Notes: generated from the letters alone by a model not told the origin. Shown: positions 24,619-38,939, counted from the first letter of the stretch. The stretch is 64,000 nt of DNA from Phoronis australis (GCA_002633005.1 NMRA01000786.1:18981-82980), one strand, 5' to 3'. Translations and numbers: made by a program.

Positions 24619-27219
24619 GATGGGTCTGATTGTTTAGAGAACGAAAACATCAGCAGCCTGAGGCGATGAAATTAACTAAAACAGCATGATGTCTCTGATC
24701 AATGTTGGCAGATTTCAAGGTACCCAAGCCGGTCGATTTGCCCTATCTCGACCCGGCCGGCGAGAGTGTAAAAGTAGATTGCTTTTTTTCATGCTAACTT
24801 CCCACTAAGAATATCAATATCCAATCTGTGATACAGAGAATATGAGTTTTAACTGAATTCTGCTTTTATCACTTAAGTGTACACGCCGATAATGCAATAG
24901 CAGGTGACAGAGGAAGGACTGGTTGAAGTCACCGACACTGGGTTTCTTATCCTTGGTGGAGGAAGTTGTGCTTAGGGAATGAACTTGCACATATCGATCA
25001 GGCTGTGTGGGGTGTGATTCTTGATGCCCGTGTACATTGTACATTGTACACGTACATGAGCCACGCGCTCAATAACTGTAGATTTTTTCAATTTCGGAGT
25101 GCAAGTTTGACCCAGGCTGCCACTGTGAAAATGAACTAGATTTCACATCGACGGGAGCAATTTCTGAAAATCACCCCGTCCCACCACAGTCCCGTCTCCC
25201 ATGGATTTCTCGTTTTCTGCCTTCGGGAACTTAATCTCCTAAAATTTCATACGGTAAAATTTGGTTTTGAAGAAATCCTTGCAACTTAACAACCTTCATT
25301 TAACTCAAAATGGTTTCCTGTTTCTGCCTTTAGCTTTTTACTGAGTTTACATGCAATGGTTCAATATGTTGTTTTCTTCTATCCATAGTCCTCAAGTCCT
25401 GACTGCTAACACCCAAACGTGACATTAGAGCGTGCGACCCCAAAAGTTTGCGTTGCGATGTCCCGCTTTTTATCAGGAAATTTCGCTTTTCAACTCTGTT
25501 GTCCCGTTTCTTCATTCTCGAATGTTGGCGATTACGCAACAGGTGTCCAAAACAACAATGTCACTGTGTCATAAAAAGTTTGTTATTTCCATTTCTTTGG
25601 TAACATAACAATCGTAAAAATGTTCTCCGATTTCTCTTATTTAGGGTCACGCACACCACATGTATTAAGATCACTAATATTTTGCTTTCTACAATGGAAA
25701 GCCTTTCACTGCAACCTGCATAAAGGTCTATCCACACTACACTTCAAGACCACACTTTAGATGTTTGCTCGCTTTTATTTGTCGAAAAAATGTTATCTAC
25801 AAGTTTATGAACAATTTTTGTAAATGTCACCGCTTCCTGATTTTTTACTGAGGAACGGTATTATACGAAACCAAAGGTTTTTATTTAATACATAAAGATG
25901 CATAATTTTGGATGAATGCCTGACTAAATCCTTCACAACAACATTATGAAATATTTGTCTTGATAGGTAGAAGTGTTTTGTATCATTGAAATTGTTTCCC
26001 TGCTGGTTTAATCGGCCATTTTCATGACCTCTGCGGTTCATTTCCATTTTCGTGTTCCGGTTATTATAATTGCACGATGTCATTTCTCGCATTTAGGTAA
26101 ACTCTCGGGTTGTGAAGTTAAAAATTATCTTTAGGGTGTCAGGTATGCGAAATAAATATTATTATTTTAATGCGTTCATTTACCCAGAAAGCATATCATT
26201 AGTAATTAGAAGATACGGCTGGGGTTGGATGTCACCAGTTACATATCTTTACGACAAATTAAAGAACGATACGTCATACATATAGAACAAATAAGTATCT
26301 GGAAAATAACTCATAATGATTGGGCGGATAATTAGCAGAGATTATTATAAAAGTGGGATGGAAGAGGGAAGGGGTAGGACTTTCATACACTCGAAATAAT
26401 TATTTTTGAATTAGATTATTTGTCGTTTGCTTCCCTGAGGCGTTATCAAGAACTGGTGATGGATTTTGTAATGATGTGACTCTTACGCGATTCAGTTGAT
26501 AAAACGGAGGAGTTGCGAAAAGTTAGTTAATCAACACCGGCACAAACGAATGCAAATAAATGACACGTATGGGAGGCGCAACCTCACCAGCACGAGATCG
26601 AAGATGGCCCATCCAGGGCTACAGTTCAGTGTTCTATCGGAAACCGGGATCTAATGATTTTACTCGAAATCAAACTCGAAATTATGTATGACATCTTGCA
26701 TTCTACTTTCGTGGGTAGTTAAGATACGTATCTTGTATTCTGTGCTCGAGTACATTAGGGTATATGCATTGTATGACTTTTTGGTCCATTCTCGCACTTG
26801 ATGACCCTAGATTTGAGCCGCGCTAGGAACCCTAGTAAACACTCGAAAGACTCGGAATTTCAGCCAGACAAGGGCAAAATAGTTTTACGTAAACTATTGT
26901 GTACTCGAGTATATAACACTTGTCTTTAATTTCACTTCGAACAAAAGTAGAGCAGAAAATCCAAAAACAATTTCTAGTAAAACGATTTGACCCCGGGCCC
27001 TAGCTGGTAACCTACAACAGTTTCTGATTTATTGGAGTACATGCTTATATATTTGAGAAAACTGCCTCTGATTCATAGACAGGTCGTTTTGGCAATAAGA
27101 AGCTAATCCTATTAAGCGATGGACCATGCTTTAGTGAGATTAGATTTAGACCTAAAATTTGAGAAATGCTCCATCACCCGCCTTCAATTTACATGTACCT
27201 CAGATTAACCAGGCGTGCA

Positions 27220-27356
27220 TTCAGTAATGCTAGGACCTACGCTAGGACCTAGCTAAAATCTAGCTCCAGTCACGTGATCTCATTTATAATACACGGCAAT
27301 ATCTCACGTAATCTCGGGAAGTCTTGCTTTTTAGCGAGGCCCTAGCGTTACTGAAC
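27220..27356. repeat. Small inverted-repeat (MITE-like) element
   Basis: ttcagtaatgctagg at the left end pairs with cctagcgttactgaa at the right end. Confidence 0.5.
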
Positions 27357-27904
27357 GGGAGGCGGGTCAACTGCACCAGCAGACGTCATTTTCTTCTTGG
27401 CTTGTGATGTGTGGCAACAACAACTAATAGATGTCGCTACCCGTCCGATCTCGGAAAGATCAGTTGATTGAAGAATCAGGTGTTGTACTTCAACTTGGAA
27501 TCCTGAGTGCTGCGTCAACTTGAAATTCGAAGATCACTTGCAAACTGCCAAACCCCGTACGTCAACTTGGAATCTTGCGTGAACTTGGAATTAAGCGGCT
27601 GCCTGGCACACAATCACAGAGCAAGGCGCTTGGGCTGAAATCGTTACTGAACCTAAATGAAGCTTCCGTGGCCTGGTCACGAACACTGGTTAGTACGGAG
27701 GGACTGGAATGAAAAAATCATTTAAGGACTGTATTGTGATTACATGTCCCTCAGTAATGCATCGGCATTCAAGGTCATAGCCCTATGGCTACGGTGGTCA
27801 TTTGAGTCGTATTATTTCTGTGTTGCTGCCTATTCTAATATAAAAATAAAGCTGAATCATTCAGTGTTTGGAATTAGTGCCTGGTTGACGTTAGATCAAG
27901 GGGT

Positions 27905-28650
27905 GAATTAAACATCCTCTAACTGGCTGTAATACTTTTTAAATGTTTTTTCTATTACCTTTCGAGCACTTCTGAGCGCATTCCGAATCGCAGTTCCGAG
28001 TTTAAGCAAGCCACACTGGCTGCTTAAACTCGGAATAATTTCTTCTCTAAAAATTCGCGATGTTAACCAAACGTTTAAGCAATGGCGTGGCTCGCTTCAA
28101 CTTGGAATAACTCAATTTCTGCTTCACAAAAACTCACGTGGTGAACCAACCATTCTCTGACTGGTTGCAATACATTTTAAATGCTTTTTTCCATTACCTT
28201 TAGAATACTTTTGAGCGCATTTACAGTTTTTAACCCCATTCAACGTTTAAGCAAGATACGCCTTGCATTAACTGGAATAATTCAATTTCTTTTTCCAAAA
28301 TTCCCATAGGGAACCAAACATTTGGTAACTGGTAGCAAGACATTTTAAATGCATTTTCTAATAATTTTGGAACACTTCTGAGCGCACTTTTTTCTACCCA
28401 ATTCCAAGTTTAAGCAAGGGCGTGGCTCCCTTAAACTTGGAATAATTCAGTTTCCACCTTACAAAAAATCACATGGTTAACCAAACATTCTTTCACTGGT
28501 TCTAATACATTGTAAATGCATTTTCTATTACTTTTAAAACACCCCTGAATTCCACGTTTAAGCAGGCCATTCTATTTTCCCTTTACAAACCCTATGTTGT
28601 GAAGTAAGCATTCCCAGAAAGATTACAAGACATTATGAACAATTTTTTCT
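27905..28650. repeat. Diverged satellite-like array whose units carry a hairpin
   Basis: Recurring aaccaaacatt..actggt..aatacattttaaatgc..ttcta..ctgagcgca and gtttaagcaag..gcttaaact(c/t)ggaataat blocks, about 4-5 irregular copies. Confidence 0.8.
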
Positions 28651-28694
28651 ATCCTTGTAAATTATCAGCGATTAATTTTTACCCAGTGCCAAGT

Positions 28695-29144
28695 TTAAAA
28701 GATGACTGCAGTAAAAATAATGCAACAGTAAACCGATTCTAACATACATATAAAACCAACATTTGCCCGAGTTGTGCTCCAAACAAAAGCTGATTCACAT
28801 TTTATCGTAAAAACACTAATATTGACAGCAGTCTCTGATTGGCTGATATGTCAGTGGTTGACAGGGCATCGACTGCTTATCACATATTTCTGCTCCATAT
28901 TGGGGCATTGAGTGGATAGAGTTTACATTGCGTTTTACAATTGTATCACACCGATTCTTATTATTTACTGTTTACCAGTGTAGTAAAAAAATTCTCCATG
29001 CCTTTTTTGTATGGCACCTAGTTGTTCAAACTCTGTGAAAAACGTGTCATCCAAGAGGGCTGACATAAGACACCATCCGTTGCCCTTGCCTTGGTACAAA
29101 GCTGTATGCTAAATCAATTCAGAACAAAGTACTGTTCCCTTTAA
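28695..29144 (-). mobile_element. Short (450 bp) copy of the same Kolobok-like element
   Basis: Ends TTAA-aagatgactgcag and actgttccct-TTAA. The reverse complement matches blocks such as aggtgccatacaaaaa(a)ggcat and cactgac(a)catcagccaatcag at 24290-24480. Confidence 0.7.
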
Positions 29145-30544
29145 GTATCAGTCCACGGATCCACCGACCACTGTACAGCCAACAAGCGGCAAGGTGGGGG
29201 GTCAGCTATTCAGATCCATGTTTAGTCTGATAAATCACATTAGGGATGAGAGAAATTGGGTGAAGTATGACACCACAAAGTTTGGTGGTTTAGGAGATAC
29301 AAGGGAAGTGTTCTTGGGGGCAAAATGAGGCAATTTCGTGGTGTGGAATGAGTCATTTTTGACCAAATTTTCTACTCCAGTTTCTGCTTCAAACAGAATC
29401 GTTTCTGAACAATTTTGATCTCACATGATAGGTTCATGACCAATGTCAGTAAAAACGGCACCGACACTGCAATATCGGTTACCATGGTAACACTGGAACT
29501 GTTTCCGTGGAGGTACATTTCGTTCTTGTGAAAAACCAGTAGTAAGTTGCACCCTTATAGTGAAGCTGCCCCCGCGAGAAAACCAAAAATAATAACATGG
29601 ACATGTAGAAGACTCCATGCCCTTGAAATTAATACAATAAAAACTTTGTCAGCCCTTCAGGCAGGCTTGGTAATAGGTGTCTGAATTTCACTATTTTCAG
29701 ACCGCGTACATATGTGTATTTGTCATGTTAAACCAGTCACTAGTTGTGTGCCGTTTCTACACATTAATATGCCGTGGTATAATACAACAATTAAAAGAAT
29801 TTGTTTGCTTAAATAATTTTAATTAATTTTAAGGACACTAGCATTTCCCACTAAAATATGAAATTATACTAAATTTGTTCATCCAACTCGTCTGAATACC
29901 AAAGCTTACAATGCGTTAGTTGAATGATGGCTGACCTAAAGTACGGTTTTGCGAATTTATCTATTTATCTGGCACTGCAATTCACATCGAATGTGGTATT
30001 TCTACAAATTGGGGAGAGAAACAACTTTGGAAACTCTTGGGAAATGCACAAGATATAGAGCGAGACATTTGAGCGCCTTGTACGTGGAGCTGATGGGGAG
30101 ATGGAACGTGTCCTCCTGAGAAGTCTCAGCGTCTGCCTCGGAGGCAGGTGTGCAGCAGGAGGTACATAATCTACCGTATTAGATTCACTTGCCCGAATCA
30201 TCGTTACAACACTCGAGATATATTGCTGTGGCCAAAGACACTGAGAACATCCACTGCACACTAGAGGAGAAATCTGATAGAGCCTGATAGAGGTTTGAAA
30301 AATGACCAAAGACGTTAAGTCAAGGTTCAACGTCCTGCTTCGTGTGAGCTCAGGTAGGAATCACTAAACTCCAGGGTCTGACCCTGAGGAATATTTTTAG
30401 AAGCACGTCATTCATGCAAAAATATGTTTATTGTCACACNTCCTAGACAAATGTCTAAACTTGGTAAAGCGGAAAACATATCTTGCAAATGGCTGATAGG
30501 ATTCCAATAAAAACTTCCAGATCTTGTATTTTATGCACTGTTCC

Positions 30545-30800
30545 CCATCAAGCTTTTAGAGATTGTCTTTTGACTGATCTACTTTGGCATGGGAGGGCTA
30601 GCTAAAACAGGGACTTTCAGTAATTTCATGAAAAAATCAAACATTGATTAAAATGAAAAGGGTTACTAAAAAACATTTATATAAAAAGAAAATTGGTCAT
30701 GTTATAGACTCCACTGTTTTGTTATGAATGTATTCCTTTTTCCCGGATCTTATTAAAAATATGGTCAAGGGACCCAATTAATGGCAGATTGATATACACT
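30545..30800 (+). repeat. Old dispersed repeat (paralogue about 36230-36500)
   Basis: Shared cccaattaatggcag and collinear upstream tcatgtt..gact..tatgaat..ttttt blocks. Confidence 0.45.
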
Positions 30801-31353
30801 GTATAAAGTCATTATATAAAGACTCTCTACTTTCATGAATTAAATTAGTGTTTTAGAAAGTTAAATTCCAAAGTTTGTAGATATGCGTCAGTAAGGTGCC
30901 ACATAACCTTATGTCCATGTTGTTTCATTAAATGACAACTGATACTTCTGTCCTCTGATTGTCTGGAACACAGTTTGATAATTTTGACCCACCACCCTGT
31001 ACGGAATAACACTTTTCATTTACACCACCAGGATGTCACGCAACTAGCACTGTGACCAATCAGATACCATAAAAATCACAAACCCTGACAACAAGGTAAG
31101 CAGACAATGTCAGTACATCAAACTTAGCATTAAAGCATCTGTAGCCATTTAATAAAAGAAATGTAGGTTGATCTCTGAGGCAGATTAGGTTACATAGACC
31201 TTAGAGGGACATATGCTGCATTTAAGGTAATTCATTGGCAAGCAGCTTCAAATGCTGTACCAGCAATGAAATGGGGTCCTCCACCTTTGGCAAATCTATT
31301 GACCTACATACAGGGCACAGTAGCGCGAATGGTTATCACCAATTCTGTGTAAG

Positions 31354-34251
31354 CAAGGAGTGTACGAGTATAGGAGAGTTCACTCCGCCGTTTTACCATT
31401 CGCGGCAATGGTTACCGGTCGAAACACTAGCGCTCCAAGCGGTGAATAATCAACACTTACTTAGGAGCGCAGTCCGAACAATGTAAACACTGACGAATTC
31501 ATACTTTAATGACGTTCAACGTGCAATAAAATTACTGTGTCATTGAAAATGGATAGAATACGTAAACCAACATCCACTTATAATCCAATGAGAAGGAAAA
31601 TGTGTATTTTAATCAATATTAAAGTGTATTTGTTTTTATTCTCTTGAAGCTCCCTTCAAAATCTATCACGGTTTTGTTTCATGTTTGAGTTCTTAACAAG
31701 GCAAATTATCTTTCCTTATAACAGTTCATACCTCCACGGACTACAAAATTTGAATGATTGCTCCTGGGGGTTCAGAGGGTAATTCCCCCCAGGTGACAGC
31801 TAAGGGGGTACCAGGCAAAAACCTGGTGGGCGCCAAATGGGTGTTGACCCCCTCCCAGGCTGTTACATGGGAGGAGTGCTAAATAGGTAAACCAATGGGG
31901 TATGTTACATGGGTGTTGAGCTCCTCCCATCATCACAAATTTTGGTTGCTCCCCTGACCATTGACAAACATGTTGCTCCCAGCTCACTGCTGGTTTCACC
32001 TCCACCCAACACTGAATTTTGCATCATGCCGGTGTTCTCTATTAAATGCACCAGGATACTAGCAATGCGAACAATTGCTTGGTGTAGTGGGTGTTACACA
32101 ACGTACAAAATAGGCAACACATGCATCAATATAACAAGAAAATGTAACCAACCTTCTCACTCTCTATTAATTTACTAGTAAACAACAGCTATTTTTGCCA
32201 AGGAAATGCGTTGAAGCTGATAACTAATTTACTCACAGAGGTGTTTGTCATTGCGAAGCAAAATGATACGGATAGCTTGGGTTTAACAAAATGTCAGCCC
32301 ACCATTCAGACTCTAAAAGACCCATCAGTTTCACTTTGGCTCTCTTCAAATCACAGGCTAACCATTCATAAAATGTTTCAATCTGATCAACCTTAGTAAA
32401 ATACGAAAACCAGATTTTGACTATAGTTGTCCTTTCTGCACGTGATGCTCCAGTACTTGCTTTGTGAGACGATAATCAACAATGCAAAAAAGCCTATTCC
32501 AGAGCTGTAATATAATTTCCGGAATCTTTTCGACCCTGACATCTTCATTTTTGGTGGATTCGGGACATCAAATATTGTTCGGGCACTGCAGTCAATACCA
32601 GCTTGTTCTTCATTCATGAACATGGACTCCTCGAAGTGATGAGAGCATAACTTGCGGGTCTTGGACAAATAGGTTGCATATCTATTCATAAGGTCAGCTC
32701 CCAGCGCTTGCACCTGAACAGAAATCAATGACTGAGAGATTCAGGAACAAACCTCATACTCACTATGAGGTTCCCAGAAGACTGGTAGCCTACGCTAAAG
32801 TACACTACACTACAGAATTCCTGTCGCACTGTGATTGTGATAGAGACAAAAGCGTTTTGGTGTCAACTGAAAAAAAATCGGACTCAAATGTTGATCCACG
32901 GATATTTTAACAGGGCCGCGCCCCCGCATCATTGACACATGACGCACAGCTTAACTTAATTGGTCCAACTGGCCCATTAAAATTATGTTCGGATTTTTCA
33001 CCTTTTCACCGAGACCCACAGATTCGCTAACTTGACTCTTGACAGACTTAGTGGCCCTGTGGCTGTGATTGTGCCATGGGCTGTGTCACCAGTCATATTC
33101 CTCATGGCCATGGGCATGGGTATGTTTTCCTAAAATTGTCCCTGCGATCGTACAGGTGACATTTTGATTTGGAATTGATGGACTGCAAGTATCCAAAAAG
33201 CTGACGATCACATCGTACGTTCATCATAGTCCTTCCGCCGGCAGCCCGCGGTTTTACAGTAGGCCTAGCCTACACTGCAGACAACAGAACAGTGGCAACG
33301 GGACTGTGATCGACTTGTCTAACAACCGTGAACAGAACACACAAAATGAAAGCCAATGTATCATTTTATTGAATAACAGATAATCCTTACCTTTGTAACG
33401 GGAATCGGTGGAGCGACCAGCACCGATCTACCTAGTTTCTAAAATGTCGACTGTTCGTAGCCGATAAAAATATTTGCAGCGTTGTGTACTTTTTCACTCG
33501 TTCGAATCGCATACGAGAGAACCATGGTGACAACTTATAGAGAGTGAAACAAGAGAGAAGTAGATAAATATACTGAATTTTATTATGCGATATATATGAA
33601 ACACAGATCTACAAACTTACAACTCATCGCTAACTTCCGTCGTCATCGCAGCTTTAACTTTTAACACAAAGAATTTATAAACAAGAAGAATTCGCTAAAA
33701 ACGTCAAAGTCCAAATTTAAAAGGCCCAAACAGTTAGGTTGTTTGGTTGGGATTCCTTGCGGATAGAGTCGAGACCCGGCAAAATCCGAAGTTTTAGCGA
33801 GAGGGGCCCATTTTTATAGGCGTATTCGCACCGCGAATGTTCCAAATTACGCTAAAATAGGGGTCTCAAGATAAATGTGAAAACCAATCAGAATAGAACT
33901 AAAAATTTCGTCATCGGAAGTTCCATATAAGGAATTGACCATCTTACACCCCTTTAAAATATAATAACACACTCTAGCTTCTAAACTAAACTGACGACTC
34001 GTCCTCACTCACGGCTCCACCAATAGACGGCGCTCCCGTCACACCTTTCTGGATCCTTAGGAAACCTAAAAAATGACACGTCTGGGGTTTTCGTGGATGA
34101 ATTCATGAAATTTATCCCACTGCAAAATGCGTCCTTCCCCATTGTTTTGGCGCTTCCTGGTTGACAGTTGCTTGTTCACCAATTGGCGGCGCTAGTAGTA
34201 GCGGTAAAAGCGCACTCACAAGTGAACTCTCCTATACTACTACACTCCTTG
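31354..34251 (-). mobile_element. P-element-like DNA transposon, non-autonomous, 2898 bp
   Basis: 31-bp TIRs caaggagtgtacgagtataggagagttcact and agtgaactctcctatactactacactccttg (two mismatches). 7-bp direct repeat GTGTAAG at 31347-31353 and 34252-34258. CA..TG termini. Internal THAP remnant. Confidence 0.85.
32530..33480 (-). pseudogene. Two-exon THAP-domain remnant (transposase N-terminus) inside the P-like element
   Basis: Exon 1 reads ..SATNSRHFRN*VDRCWSLHRFPLQ with donor GTAAG at 33390. Acceptor ttctgttCAG precedes 32713. Exon 2 reads RCKRW, frameshift, then ADL..KLCSHHFEESMF..TIFDVPNPP. These are THAP hallmarks (F-P, W, CxxHF, PTIF-like) with a stop and a frameshift. Confidence 0.8.
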
Positions 34252-37200
34252 GTGTAAGCGATAAAGATGTTCACTAACATGTGCTGTCAATGAGACCAGT
34301 TGAGTGTCCGTGATTTAGTAGCTTGAACGTGCTACGTCAGTTGAGAGAGACTCTTCCTCTTATCTGTGACTTTCTGGAAGACAGGAAGCTGCTTGAAACC
34401 TGTTTAAAATAAATAGAATAGTTTAAATTCCTTTTATGCAAACACGATACTACTCACATACAAAACTCTTCAATCAAAAATACGCATCACAGACAAAATT
34501 GTTTTCTTGTTGACGTGCAAATACATATACCACGAGTTTTGAAAAGTGAACAAGGATCCAGATTTACTGTCAGTAGTTGATATGTCATTACCTCTGTATA
34601 TATGCTCCTCACTCACACGGGAACATTTGTATCAAACTTTACTGTGTGCCACCATGTTTCAGTCCAGTTGTTAAATGTTATCAACCGTATTTAGAGATGT
34701 CGACAACCTGCAAAAGACGCATATGCATACATGTATGTTACCTCACTCAGTCACTCAGTCTAACATGGTTGTTTCAAACAGCGAATCAGTGCTGGGCAGT
34801 GGTTTGCAAGCTATTGTGCCAAAGCAAGTGGTTAGTTCACTGGGCCACTTTTGTCTGTCTTTACATACATTGGCGTAATGTTATGTGGGTTTGTACTGAA
34901 CAGAGAAAGGCAAAAATATCGTAGGCCAGAAAAGTCTAATGATCTTTATCATGAGAACATTCAAAACCTGTCAACAGAACTTCAGAGTTGTTTTCTGTAA
35001 CTTTTGGCATGTTGTCATCAATATATAGACCTGATGACATCACACAGCAAACCAATGAAAAACTAATATTCATTAAATTGCACGTTTAAAAATGAAATGA
35101 GTATTTGCCAAAAATAACACTTTTACTCAACAAGCGTTATCCGAACTTCTTCCTTAATCAGATAAGATTTTAAGCAAAAATTACAGATCCCTGCTCAGTA
35201 GGTCATGCTGGCAGCGATTGGCGATGTCATTGTGAGATATAAATGAAAACACTCGGTATCGCGAGCTCCAAGCACTGGCGTATAAACGGGGGGTGAGGTG
35301 GCAGGTACAACGGGGCATGACAAACTGTTCGATGCAAAACCCCTCTCGGCACGGTACATCCTAGCTCTTAATTATTCTCTATAATCCTTTTCATTGCAAA
35401 AGTCCCAGGTTGCCAGTCATTTCGGCCCCTCGGTCACAAACCCAACCATCCCAGTCAAACCACCTTTGGAAACAATTGATCAAGACCAGAATAACATACA
35501 GAATGGGCGATAAAAATAATTAAAACAGAAACAATAACTCACGACAAACGAATTCGTGTCCACCATTCGAAACTTTAGTTAACAGTTGCACACTAGATGT
35601 CGCAAGTGCTTGCTTAATCTCAAGATCACTTGCGTCAATAGATTTCTGTTCCAAGTTGGAGCACAACATCAGGTATATAAACTGGCCAATAGGTGACGCT
35701 ACAATATATTTCATCGCTCCGAAATCCGCCTGTTACGCATGGGATCCGGTTCGGTCTAAAACTTTACCAGCAGAATGTCGGTAGAACGCCAATTTTTCTA
35801 ACATCGGCAAAAATTTTAGTTTGCCCAAGGAAAATCTTTATTTCACACTAATTTTGTGTCTGATTTTATTTGGCTATTTTTACCCACCATCGGCGCGAAG
35901 CTGTATATTTCAGTATATAAAACTTTCACCACGGCTAAGTCGAATATCAATGTTGCGAACGCGTTCAAAAGGTAAAGAAATTAATTAATCAACTCTAAAA
36001 TTCTGGTCATCTCAATTCCGTGCAATCTTGAAACTTTTTCCGTGATCTTTTATGCTCCTACATCTACCGTGATATTATCACATACCAATCGGCGAACAGG
36101 TTTACTATTAGTCAGATTATACCAAGCAGTTTTACCCATGACGGGAGCATTCATAGGATCTAGCACAATTAGATATTCCTCGTAAACTGCATGTGTCAAT
36201 TTACATACTTTTGTAGTCTTAAAACAACGTCAACAACTTTTCAATAAAGTCCTGTTTGACTGGATCGACAATGAAGAGAATCTGCCGGGGGACTACATCA
36301 ATACGACCTTTATGATTTTAAGAAATAAAATCAAAATTTTCGTGAATTGAAACGAAAAAATTCTTTAGAAAAATGTAACGTCGTTTTTGAGATTTTATTC
36401 ATGTTCTTGACTGACCTCTATTGTCCTATGAATATACTTTTTCTCTAAATTTTAATAAAGCACACGGTCACACCGCCCAATTAATGGCAGGTTGGTATAA
36501 GGTCAAAAATCAAATTTTACAGACTTCCTCCTTTCAGAAAAGAGTTTTACTGAGTTGAAATCTTTAGTTTCGAATTCATTTGGCAAAATACGTGTCAATG
36601 TGACTCTACATAACTGGCGCCATTCCAACTTTCAGAGACACTTCAACACTGCGTCGCTGTGTAGCCTTCCAGACATTCCCACGTATTTCTTTGATTGCAC
36701 AGTAAACAAAGACTAGAGTTCAGAGGTTTCCCACGCACACAAACAATACTCCGATATTAACATTGCTTACTCAAAAATCTTAGTTAAATATTTTCTAGAA
36801 AATTAGCTGTTTGCTTAATGGCCGCTTTTTACCAATAGTAACAATAAGTCTTGATGAAGAATGTTCAATTCAGTAAGATTTTTTGTTCCACCTGAAATTG
36901 ACGGCATGAACTTACCTCAATCATATCTTGTTTTTATGTACCCCACATCGGTGTATAACATGTATTAATCATAAATCTTTATATACAAGACATTGTACAC
37001 AAGTATTGTGCATCAATATTAAAAGTCATATATGTATCTACTTTTACATTTAGAATCTTGTATATATCAATAAAATTCTTGTTCATTTGTATGTGTAAAC
37101 TTGTGTATTCATTCTGATAAATGTTTCTACTAATACTTGAAGGCCCTGCTATTCGAACGTTTAGGAATGACTTATCTGCTACTGATATGACGTCATTTGG

Positions 37201-38939
37201 ACTCACAAGTAAGAATGGAATAGAAATGGACAGCCTTATCAATTTTCAAGGCCTTGGGTGGCACTGAATAGTTAGGCTACGGCCGCGGCCAATTTGCACT
37301 GCCAAAATATAGAAATTTTGGGATAGGCCAAGTTTGGGGGCATTTTGTAGGTGGGCATTGCACGTAGGCTCAGTGAATATGGTTTGTTTGTATTTGTGAA
37401 CATGCTGTGAATAAAAAAGGCCACTTTCTTGGCTGTAGCTGCACTCTTCTTCAAGATGGCGGCCCCCGGCTGCAATTGTGCATTGTTGGGTAGCGACCGA
37501 GAAATTGGCTGTGATTTTAGGTAGCCCTCAAACAAGCAAGAATTGCCAAAAAACTAGATGGTTGACAGTACTTTTGGACCACATTTTCGGAATCGGTAGG
37601 AAATTTGCTTTCAGACTCTAATGTTGGTTTTAGTCGTGCGTCGGCAGGGAAGTGGTTTTTCAGGTGAAAAGTGCCGATTTTGCATTTTTTGCCCTTATTT
37701 TTCTTAGTCTAGCTTGGTTTTCAGTGGGAATGAAATGGTCAAAAATACAAGAAAGAATAAAGTTTCTGTGCGCATCTGCTGGGTTTTTTATGTGAAATAA
37801 TTGAAAACATGCCATTCTTTGCATCCTGTTTTTGACAGAGTGAAGAAAAGGTTACAAATCAAGGGATGCGTGTTTTGCTAGGCATAACCCAGTGAGAACT
37901 GTTCTGTGCCTCCTTGGCATTTTCTAGGTTCGGGTAACCACGTGGGCAATTCAACAGGTGAAATTTTTATAAATTCAATTTAAGTGTTTGGATTAATCGG
38001 TGTGCTACGACTACGTCTGGCTCAGTAGGCTTAGGCAGGTTTGCTTTCGGTGGGAAGGGGGCAGGTGGGAGAGCAAACAAAAGCACGTGGAATACATGTA
38101 GCAAACTTCGGGGAGAGAGGACGCCAATTAATCCCACTTCGGAAGGTCATCGCCAACTTGGCACTCCTTTCAACATGCATCGCCATATGCGAACAGGTTT
38201 TGCTAATCTTGAGGTAAACACCATAGAAGCAGCCAACAGAAATTTGTGTACATGTACTCGTGCTTCAACACCATTTCACGACAACGGGTCACACTTTTTG
38301 CTCTTTTACGCGATTAGAGTGACCTGAAATAAATAAATTTCATGATGAATAAATTATTAGGATGCCTAAGTACGCCATAACTCTTCAGGTGACATAAAAG
38401 TTATGGAAGAAATCCCGAAAAAGACGGGACATCGTGATGGACACGTCAGTTACGTTTTCCTCTATTTCCGGGAGTGAAAATGAGGCTCAAGACCAAGATT
38501 CAGTTTTTTAGGACGACATTTGACAAAATTTCATTAGCTTCATTAATTGAAGGGATACACTTTCATAAAGGGTGCGGTTCGGGGTTCCTGGGTACATTGC
38601 CTAAGGGTTGTTTCAAAGTCCTTTGCGAATAATAAGCAATCGAGCTTTTAGTGGCTGTCCCCGAAAGCAGGCAAATCAGTTGTCCCAATTTCACCATCCT
38701 GCGTCAAATTTCACGGAATATCAATTTCTTAGAGGGTTGTTCAGACTGGCAAAATCCATTTGGCGCACTTTACTGTTTGGGGTAGGACGATATAGATTTG
38801 AGACCTTCTCGAAATTCAGTCTGCAACATTGTCCACTTCAGAGTAGCTTATAATATCCAACTAATCGTCTACGGATCACTCGAATTTCGTAGAATACATA
38901 AGTATGTAAATCAGAAACCTTGCACGTTACTAGAAGAAA

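Noticed and set aside
29965-30356. GC-richer exon-like patch ending in CAG|GTAGG
   Set aside because: Stops in all plus-strand frames and no recognisable motif on either strand; at most a decayed fragment.
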